Assembly: GCA_964514965.1 (NCBI GenBank)
Contig: CAZETV010000001.1
Coordinates: 723,063-755,062, forward strand
Direction: 5' to 3'
Source of the DNA: Candidatus Hadarchaeota archaeon
GTDB taxonomy: Archaea > Hadarchaeota > Hadarchaeia > Hadarchaeales > Hadarchaeaceae
Length of the DNA stretch: 32,000 nt
A program made the position numbers and the translations under genes. Shown one piece after another: positions 25,579 to 32,000 of this stretch. The notes beneath the pieces were generated by a model. It saw only the letters and a list, made by a program, of their open reading frames with translations. It searched no databases and was not told the origin of the DNA. Positions within the stretch are counted from its first letter, which is position 1. Each line of letters begins with the position of its first letter.

Positions 25579-26934
25579 GTGCTCATTATTGGGGCAGGTC
25601 CCGCGGGGTTATTCGCAGCGTACGAGTTGTCAAAAAATTCTAAACTTTCCGTGACCGTTGTTGATTGGGGGCAGGAAATCAGGAAGCGCATCTGCCCTGC
25701 TGTTGAAACTGGAACATGCATAAGTTGCATGCCATGCCACATCATGTGCGGTCTAGGCGGTGCAGGAGGCATGTCGAGCGGTATCCTCAACCTTCGCCAC
25801 GATATAGGTGGAGATCTCAGCAAGCTCACGAAAAGTGCCCCAGAAGCCGAAAAACTCGTCAAGGAAGTGGATGACCTCTTTGTCAAGCATGGTGCCCCTA
25901 AGAAAGTCTACGGCACGAGTTCTAAAGAAGCAGAAGAACTCACGAGACGTGCAGCCGCAGCTGGCGTTCGATTCATACCAATCCTCCAGCGCCACATAGG
26001 CAGTGAGTACCTACCTGATCTCATCAACTCTTTCAGGAACACACTTGAAAAGCAAGGCGTAAAGTTCATGCCCAATTCAAAAGTCGAGCAAATCGGAAAA
26101 GGTGAGGTCGTCGTCAAAGGGAAACGGATTCACGCGAAGTACATTCTCGCAGCCCCGGGACGAGTGGGAGCTGATTGGTTTGCAGAACAAGCGAGAAATC
26201 TAGGGGTAAAGCTCACCCACGGCCCCATTGATATCGGGGTACGTGTAGAGGTACCAGCTGTTGTCTATGAGCCTGTCGTAAAGGTGAACCGCGACCCGAA
26301 ATTTCACATCCGCACAAAAACTTTCGATGATTTCGTCCGCACATTCTGCACTAATTCAAGGGGTTGGGTCATGGAGGAGCGCTACGACGACCATGTTGGC
26401 GTGAACGGGCAATCACTCCGCGCAAAGAAATCTCAAAACACAAACTTCGCACTTCTCGTGCACATCGAGCTCACGCAGCCGGTCACTGATACCACGGCCT
26501 ATGGACAATCGATCGCTTATCTCGCGACAACTATAGGTGGTGGACGTCCGTTGCTCCAACGCTTGGGTGATTTGCGCTCTGGAAGGCGGTCAACTTTGGA
26601 GCGAATTAAACGAGGGCATGTGGTACCAACTCTCTCAAGCGTGACCCCCGGCGATATCTCGATGGCTTTGCCGGGACGAATTGTGGGGGACTTGACCGAA
26701 GGACTCGACCGCTTGGACAAAGTCGTCCCTGGAGTAGCTTCAGATTCGACGTTGCTTTACGCTCCAGAAGTGAAGTTTTATGCTATGCAAATTACTGTCA
26801 ACAAAAATATGGAAACAAACGTTTCCAACCTCTTTGTCGCTGGCGATGGGGCCGGACTCTCACGAGGCATTGTCAACGCTGCCGCAACTGGTTTGCTTGC
26901 AGCTAGGGGAATAATCACCAAGGCCAAAAATTAA
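25579..26934 (+). CDS. FAD-dependent oxidoreductase (COG2509-like uncharacterized dehydrogenase)
   Basis: N-terminal (VD)VLIIGAGPAGLFAA dinucleotide fold, Cys-rich insert CPAVETGTCISCMPCHIMCGLGGAG, and C-terminal LFVAGDGAGLSRGIVNAAATG. The GTG at 25579 leaves only 3 residues before the GxGxxG motif, so the N-terminus is uncertain. Confidence 0.7.
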   Translation: MLIIGAGPAGLFAAYELSKNSKLSVTVVDWGQEIRKRICPAVETGTCISCMPCHIMCGLGGAGGMSSGILNLRHDIGGDLSKLTKSAPEAEKLVKEVDDLFVKHGAPKKVYGTSSKEAEELTRRAAAAGVRFIPILQRHIGSEYLPDLINSFRNTLEKQGVKFMPNSKVEQIGKGEVVVKGKRIHAKYILAAPGRVGADWFAEQARNLGVKLTHGPIDIGVRVEVPAVVYEPVVKVNRDPKFHIRTKTFDDFVRTFCTNSRGWVMEERYDDHVGVNGQSLRAKKSQNTNFALLVHIELTQPVTDTTAYGQSIAYLATTIGGGRPLLQRLGDLRSGRRSTLERIKRGHVVPTLSSVTPGDISMALPGRIVGDLTEGLDRLDKVVPGVASDSTLLYAPEVKFYAMQITVNKNMETNVSNLFVAGDGAGLSRGIVNAAATGLLAARGIITKAKN

Positions 26935-27010
26935 AATTAATCTCCAACAACAATTTATTACACACCCATTATCCCTATTTAATCAGCAACCTTAGGGTTT
27001 TAGGAGTCTC

Positions 27011-28264
27011 ATGAAAACCATCGCCGTCTTTGCGCTCCTCTTATGCTTAACTGCCTCTGGCGCTCTTGCTCAGGAATGGCCTACCTCAGGGCACGATGCC
27101 CAGCGTACTGGCTATTCAACCTCCTCGGCCCCGGAAACCGATCAAATAGCATGGACTTTCAACGGTACCGGGGGCTTTTCTTCACCAACTGTCGCGGACG
27201 ACAAAGTTTTCATCGGGTCTGAAGATGGGTACATTCGCGCGATTAACGTGATTAACGGCAAGGAGGTATGGAACTTCAAAGCTGAGTCTGAAGTAGCATC
27301 GCCTACCTTTGCAGACGGGTGTATATACACGGGCTCCAGCGGCATGGTCTATTGTCTCGATGCGGTCACTGGCGAAAATCTATGGAGTTACCCGACTGAT
27401 GGTGCAATATATTCGGCACCAGCGGTTATCGATAACGTCGTCTACGCGACTTCGACCGATAATTATGTTTATGCTATTAATGCCACAAACGGGCAGCTCC
27501 TGTGGGAAAATAACCTCGGGAGTAAAATTACTTCCTCACCTGCGGTTACAAACGAGATAGTCTTAGTCAGCAAGTGGAATGGGCGTATATACGCATTACA
27601 CACGAGTGACGGGGCTGAGGTCTGGAAACGCCAATTGGTAGAACTGGGGACACTTGAAAACTACCCGATAATCTCGTCGCCGACAGTCGCTGAGGGACGT
27701 GTTTACGTTGGCTCAAATGATGGGCATCTCTACGTGCTGGACGCAACTACTGGTGAGAAACAGTTGGAGTTTGAGGCGGACAACCAGATTGAGTTCCCGC
27801 CCGCCGTCGTTGCCAGTGTAGTTTACTTCGGATCGAGTGATGGCTACGTCTACGCCCTTGACGCCCGCAATAACGCCGAAAATCGCGTACTTTGGAGCTA
27901 CTCTACTGGCAGCAGGATACAATCCTCTCCAGCAGTAGCGGATAACAAAATTTTCGTCATATCACAGAACGACTACCTCTATTCGCTTAACGCGCTTGAT
28001 GGAAATTTGATCTGGCGGCACAACATAGGAGAAGTAGAGAGCGCTTCACCAGCCATCGCCTATGGAAAAGTTTTCATCGGGACGAGCGAGGGCAAGCTCT
28101 ACTGTTTCGGAAGCTGGGGCCCGGTACTTGGGGATAGCACCGGAAAGGGTATAATTTACCTGTTTATCACCGCCTTGCTCGTGCTCGCGCTATGGTGGAT
28201 GGTCCGTCTGAAGCCGTCTTCCCCAAAGAAACACAGGAGAACTTCAAAGAAACTCAAAAAGTAG
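27011..28264 (+). CDS. Secreted/surface PQQ-like beta-propeller repeat protein with C-terminal TM anchor
   Basis: Signal peptide MKTIAVFALLLCLTASGALA. At least 7 repeats of the type A(I/L)(N/D)..(T/N)G...W (AINVINGKEVWNF, CLDAVTGENLWSY, AINATNGQLLWEN, ALHTSDGAEVWKR ...). C-terminal helix IIYLFITALLVLALWWMV followed by the basic tail KKHRRTSKKLKK. Confidence 0.85.
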   Translation: MKTIAVFALLLCLTASGALAQEWPTSGHDAQRTGYSTSSAPETDQIAWTFNGTGGFSSPTVADDKVFIGSEDGYIRAINVINGKEVWNFKAESEVASPTFADGCIYTGSSGMVYCLDAVTGENLWSYPTDGAIYSAPAVIDNVVYATSTDNYVYAINATNGQLLWENNLGSKITSSPAVTNEIVLVSKWNGRIYALHTSDGAEVWKRQLVELGTLENYPIISSPTVAEGRVYVGSNDGHLYVLDATTGEKQLEFEADNQIEFPPAVVASVVYFGSSDGYVYALDARNNAENRVLWSYSTGSRIQSSPAVADNKIFVISQNDYLYSLNALDGNLIWRHNIGEVESASPAIAYGKVFIGTSEGKLYCFGSWGPVLGDSTGKGIIYLFITALLVLALWWMVRLKPSSPKKHRRTSKKLKK

Positions 28265-28379
28265 TGGTGGGGTCGCCGAGATTTGAACTCGAGTCACCGG
28301 CTTTTCCGCGTTTCAGCGACCCGAAGCCGGCAGGTTGTCCGGGTTTTTAGCCCTATAGACCAGGCTACCCCACGACCCC
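28265..28379 (-). tRNA. tRNA-Pro (anticodon CGG) with genomically encoded CCA and two putative introns
   Basis: Minus-strand parse: GGGGTCG TG GGGT AGCCTGGTCTA [TAGGGCTAAAAACCCGGACA] ACCT G CCGGC TTCGGG [TCGCTGAAACGCGGAAA] A GCCGG TGAC TCGAG TTCAAAT CTCGG CGACCCC A CCA. The acceptor stem is a perfect 7 bp and the T-arm carries GTTCAAATC. The anticodon stem is 5 bp with U33, CGG and G37. The total is 115 nt, or 78 nt once the bracketed 20-nt and 17-nt inserts are removed. Confidence 0.8.
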
Positions 28380-28403
28380 AAAGAAATTGAAATTCCACCG
28401 CAT

Positions 28404-29600
28404 TTACCTTTTGCTACTTGTTTTCAGTAACCGTTCGAGTTCTCGCTCAAGCGTTACCACCGGAATGTCGGGAACGCTTATCCGCTGGCTCTTCCCACGA
28501 TGCCTCTCGCCTGAAGGTTGAAGGTCTACTAAACCCAAACCTTCCATCCGATTGAGGTACTCCCAAAGCTGGGTATGCTTACGGGGCTCCTCATCATATT
28601 CCTCACAAACAACACGATAACTCTTTTCAGCCTCACCCGTCAGCGCATAGGCCAGCTTCGAAATCTTTAACTTCCGCGCTACAGCCAGCATAAACAGTTT
28701 CTCATGAAGTTGAAGATCACGAATCACCTCCCGCTTGACCTCGGGGTAAACCTCGGCCTTGGCCCGGCGCACATGCTCGGCCATTACCTCATCAACGTTC
28801 TCTCCATCTGCGGTCATACCAGCGCGCCAGAGAATTTCGAGTGCGAGTCGAGCATCGCCCCACCGCGCGGCTATGTCGGCGATGAGCGCTACAGTGTCCT
28901 CGTTGACTGCACCCACCTTAAACGCCTCGCGTATCCTATTATTGAGGATATCCACAAGCTGGGGAGCCGTATAGCGGTCAAGCGCCAGCACGTTATGCAT
29001 GAAGGTGCTTTGGGTTGCAGTGTCGAGCGAACGCAGGAAATTTTTGTCGCGCGCGATTGCCACAATGCTTATGCGGTTGAGCATCCCCGACTCCTCGGCT
29101 GTACGGGTTAGTGAATAAAGTAAGTCAGGCCCGTTGAGCTGGGCAAAGAAATCTAGCTCGTCTAAGGTTAGCGTGAGGTAGGCATCGTGCTTGTTAAGGT
29201 AATCCACTACCATATCGAGGAGCTTCTCTGGGCCCAATCCGCGGGCAGGCCAACGGGGATTGTAGTGCTGAACCAGCTTCATTAGCACCGCATAAGGTGT
29301 TCTGTCCTTACGGCAGTTGATGTGAAGATAACTTAGATTGAGTCCCCGTCCTTTGGCTGCGAGCTTGAGTTCTTCACCAAACCTCCGAGCAAGCACGGTC
29401 TTTCCTACTCCCACATTTCCCGTGACCAGCACACGTTGGCTCGCTCGGTCTTCTATGACCGGCTTAAAAATTCGTGTAAGATAGCGGAACTCCTCATCGC
29501 GGTGTACTAGAATGGGAGGCACGTAGTCGGGTAAGAGCTTGCTCGAATCGCGGAAAACCGACTCACGGCCAAGCTCCTCCTCAAAGATTTCTCCAAACAC
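28404..29600 (-). CDS. cdc6: Orc1/Cdc6 replication initiator (AAA+ with C-terminal winged helix)
   Basis: LPDYVPPILVHRDEEFRYLTRIF, Walker A GNVGVGKT and Walker B LTLDELD. 398 aa with a C-terminal WH region. GTG start. Confidence 0.92.
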   Translation of the reverse strand: MFGEIFEEELGRESVFRDSSKLLPDYVPPILVHRDEEFRYLTRIFKPVIEDRASQRVLVTGNVGVGKTVLARRFGEELKLAAKGRGLNLSYLHINCRKDRTPYAVLMKLVQHYNPRWPARGLGPEKLLDMVVDYLNKHDAYLTLTLDELDFFAQLNGPDLLYSLTRTAEESGMLNRISIVAIARDKNFLRSLDTATQSTFMHNVLALDRYTAPQLVDILNNRIREAFKVGAVNEDTVALIADIAARWGDARLALEILWRAGMTADGENVDEVMAEHVRRAKAEVYPEVKREVIRDLQLHEKLFMLAVARKLKISKLAYALTGEAEKSYRVVCEEYDEEPRKHTQLWEYLNRMEGLGLVDLQPSGERHRGKSQRISVPDIPVVTLERELERLLKTSSKR

Positions 29601-29647
29601 CGCTGTCCCTTTTCAGATTTATCTTGCTTGTATCATTAAAGCGCTAC

Positions 29648-31147
29648 CTAAGCCAGAAGCCAGATGTAGGCAGCAACCACGACCGCAGCGGTGAAAAGTG
29701 AGAAGACACACGCAACCTGAGACCAGCCCCACCCTCTTTTGTACCGCATGAATGAACCTGTTGCGATCGAGAGAACCACCGCCCCAGCGCTCATCACGAC
29801 AAATGCGGCTGAGAGCAGAAGTGACTCATAAGTTCTTGCCAAAGCTTCGATATCCTCGCCAGCCAATCGGCGGACGAGCTCAACCCCGAATAACTCGACT
29901 TGCCCCACTCTAGTTTTGTCGATAGCGTCAAGATTATCTGCTAGAGTGTGGGTCGGCCAGAGGATTTCCCCGTACTGCGGGTTAACCCAGTACACCCATG
30001 TTCCTGGAATTCCCTCGCGCGTGAAGCTCGCATAATCGCTATAGCCCCCAACATCTTGTGCGTACTCTAGTTGTACATAGAAGTCGAGGTTTTCTGCTAG
30101 CTCCTGAGCATAGTTATCCAACCACTCAGTTGTGGCTATCTCCCGTGAGCCCTTGAGGCCGACACGCAGCCCGTTCTCAGGACCGGGAGCGATCACATCA
30201 AAAACAACTGCGGCGATGATTTTGTTATCAACATGCTCGCGCACAAATGCCGTACTTCCCAGCAGACCGAGTTCCTCACTTCCAAAGGTTGTAAAAAGTA
30301 TGGTACGGGGGAGGTCTTCCATTGAGAGTACCCGAGCCATCTCGAGTACTACTGCGACGCCTGAAGCATCGTCGACCGTGCCGGGGGTCAGAACTGAATC
30401 GTGGTGTGCGCCAACAATTATAATCTCCTCGTTCTCGCCTGGCAATTTCGCCACAACGTTGCGAGATGTTGAGCGCTCAATCCTAGCACTCAATCGCAAC
30501 TCGACCTCAACTTTATCCTGCTCCAAGAGTTCGATTAAGCGCTGCGCATCCTCCCCAGAGATCCAGAACAAAGGTGCCCCAGGTGGGTCCGACCAAATCT
30601 CCGAATAGGGCGGCCAATTCTCAAAATAGGTCAACACTGCTAACGGTGGCAGGCCCACGAGCGTCCGGAGAAAATTATTTCCTTCGACTAGAATGTTTCT
30701 CTCTACCAAAATCACGCGCTCGCGCAATTGTTCTAAGTTTTCCGGTTTTTCCGTCACGCGCATAAGTTGTCCGGTGATGATGTTGTCCGTCGATGGGGAG
30801 TAAACAGCTGGTATGAAAGTTAAATCAAATTGCTCAGGCGAGGTCACGCGAAGCCAATTTTCCTCGACCACGTAAGAATTTTCTATGGTGAAGTTCTCAA
30901 TCCATGCCTCCAAGCCGTAGCTCTGGAACTCGTTCATGATGTAGCTAGCGGCCACGGCCTCAGCTTGAGTGCCAGCGAAGCGCGGGGCAATGCTGGTCAA
31001 GAACTCTATATGCCCGTAAACATTATCCTTAGAGACTTCGAGCTGTTGACTGTAAACTAGGGTTGATGTAAACAACACCCATATTAACACCCCGATTATC
31101 ACCAACTGGCCCACGACGGATTTTCTCGACAAACTCCTCGCCATCAT
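29648..31147 (-). CDS. M28 family metallopeptidase (aminopeptidase) with N-terminal signal anchor and C-terminal TM helices
   Basis: IIIVGAHHDSV, DDASGVAVVLEMARVL and FTTFGSEELGLLGSTAFV are M28 zinc-ligand motifs. There is an N-terminal TM (LVIIGVLIWVLFTS) and two C-terminal TMs. The start overlaps the upstream antiporter stop (ATGA). Confidence 0.8.
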   Translation of the reverse strand: MMARSLSRKSVVGQLVIIGVLIWVLFTSTLVYSQQLEVSKDNVYGHIEFLTSIAPRFAGTQAEAVAASYIMNEFQSYGLEAWIENFTIENSYVVEENWLRVTSPEQFDLTFIPAVYSPSTDNIITGQLMRVTEKPENLEQLRERVILVERNILVEGNNFLRTLVGLPPLAVLTYFENWPPYSEIWSDPPGAPLFWISGEDAQRLIELLEQDKVEVELRLSARIERSTSRNVVAKLPGENEEIIIVGAHHDSVLTPGTVDDASGVAVVLEMARVLSMEDLPRTILFTTFGSEELGLLGSTAFVREHVDNKIIAAVVFDVIAPGPENGLRVGLKGSREIATTEWLDNYAQELAENLDFYVQLEYAQDVGGYSDYASFTREGIPGTWVYWVNPQYGEILWPTHTLADNLDAIDKTRVGQVELFGVELVRRLAGEDIEALARTYESLLLSAAFVVMSAGAVVLSIATGSFMRYKRGWGWSQVACVFSLFTAAVVVAAYIWLLA

Positions 31148-32000
31148 ACTCTCCCTGGCGGTGCGCCTCTAAATGCAATTTTGACCAATATGGGAGTTAT
31201 AAGCGTTGTCACGAGAACAATCATCACAGTTATCGAGAGCAACGCTGAATCAATAATCCCCGCTTCGGTTCCGATCGCGGCTATGACGAGCGCTATTTCC
31301 GCGCGAGGCATCATGCCTATCCCTACTCGAAGCGAATCCCTGCCGCTGAAGCCGCCAATGAATGCACCTATCCCACACCCAATTATCTTGGCAAAAATCG
31401 CTATACCAACCAAAGCCAGTGCTAAGAAGAAAACGCCAGCCAGTGCCCCAAAGTCTGTACGTGTACCCATCTCAACAAAGAAAAATGGGATGAAAAATCC
31501 ATACCCGATCGTAGATATCTTAGCCCTCAAAGACCCAGCCACGGGGGCTTTGCTGATTACCACCCCTGCAATGAATGCACCCGTAATTGCTGCGACACTT
31601 ACTTTCTCTGCAAATGCGCCTATCAAGAAGACTATGGCGAGGGCGATAGATAGGGTCACCTCTTCGACATGTAGTCTGCCCACGAAAGTTAGCACGCGCG
31701 GCAGTGTTTTAAAACCAACATAGATTATCGTCAGGAAGAAAATGATGACCAACGCTAAATTTTCTGCAAGCCCGAGGAAGGTGAGACCTCCGAATGCGAG
31801 GCCCGCCAGTACACTGAGGATGACAATTCCGATGATATCATCAAGAACCGCCGCGCCAAGTATAGTCATGCCGACGCGTGTATGAAGCCTGTGAACGTCC
31901 ATAAGCGTCCTAACCGTGATACCGACACTGGTTGCAACCAGAACGGCCCCCATAAATGCCGCTTGTATGAGAGTCCAGTTGAGCAGAAACGCGACCCCGA
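31144..32000 (-). CDS. Cation:proton antiporter (Na+/H+ exchanger, CPA family), C-terminal part; the N-terminus lies beyond the window end
   Basis: Polytopic ORF with VATSVGITVRTL and GAAVLDDIIGIVILS motifs typical of CPA antiporters. The frame stays open upstream of the track's ATG (31953) to the window edge (...GVAFLLNWTLIQAAFMGAVLV), so the gene is 5'-truncated here. Confidence 0.8.
   Translation of the reverse strand, partial: GVAFLLNWTLIQAAFMGAVLVATSVGITVRTLMDVHRLHTRVGMTILGAAVLDDIIGIVILSVLAGLAFGGLTFLGLAENLALVIIFFLTIIYVGFKTLPRVLTFVGRLHVEEVTLSIALAIVFLIGAFAEKVSVAAITGAFIAGVVISKAPVAGSLRAKISTIGYGFFIPFFFVEMGTRTDFGALAGVFFLALALVGIAIFAKIIGCGIGAFIGGFSGRDSLRVGIGMMPRAEIALVIAAIGTEAGIIDSALLSITVMIVLVTTLITPILVKIAFRGAPPGRV

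Noticed and set aside
28265-31147. tRNA-adjacent integrated element hypothesis (tRNA-Pro, then Orc1/Cdc6, as in some archaeal integrated plasmids/viruses)
   Set aside because: I saw no integrase and no direct repeat of the tRNA 3' end elsewhere in the window. The neighbours (M28 peptidase, antiporter) are ordinary chromosomal genes.
31181-31723. 180-aa + strand ORF
   Set aside because: It is antisense to the cation:proton antiporter. Its hydrophobic-mirror composition is expected from the reverse frame of a membrane protein gene.
1-32000. CRISPR arrays, rRNA genes, transposases/IS elements, long tandem repeats
   Set aside because: None were seen on visual scanning. The only periodic repeat is the 21-nt heptad-coding repeat at 3725-3755.

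Overview
This is a tightly packed archaeal chromosomal segment of about 40 genes. The gene set is thermosome, FEN1, archaeal DnaG, Orc1/Cdc6, Pelota, TFB, RpoK and class V FBP aldolase/phosphatase. A tRNA with a non-canonical intron position suggests a TACK/Thermoproteota-like lineage (inference). I saw no rRNA, CRISPR array, integrase/transposase or obvious mobile element. Besides information-processing genes, the window is rich in membrane-lipid and glycan genes: geranylgeranyl reductase, a Tes-like radical SAM enzyme divergent from CDP-archaeol synthase, a dolichol-kinase-like/PAP2 pair, DedA, three glycosyltransferases and a flippase-like protein. The block at about 5.7-11.5 kb looks clearly more AT-rich than the rest. 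Four real features are missing from the supplied ORF track: an edge-truncated tfb, a 54-aa Trm112, an rpoK with no canonical start codon, and an 8-Cys zinc-finger miniprotein. I also found a tRNA-Pro(CGG) that appears to carry two introns and a frameshifted small Toprim gene. I cannot support a clear new multi-gene system such as a defence island. The best second-look items are: the apparent non-canonical start codons (rpoK with ATT; a leucine-zipper/proline-rich ORF with no ATG/GTG/TTG); the two-intron tRNA; a minimal Zot/HerA-like P-loop ATPase upstream of pelota; the split Toprim gene; and the Tes-CarS divergent pair. All functional calls rest on motif recognition by eye, not database searches.
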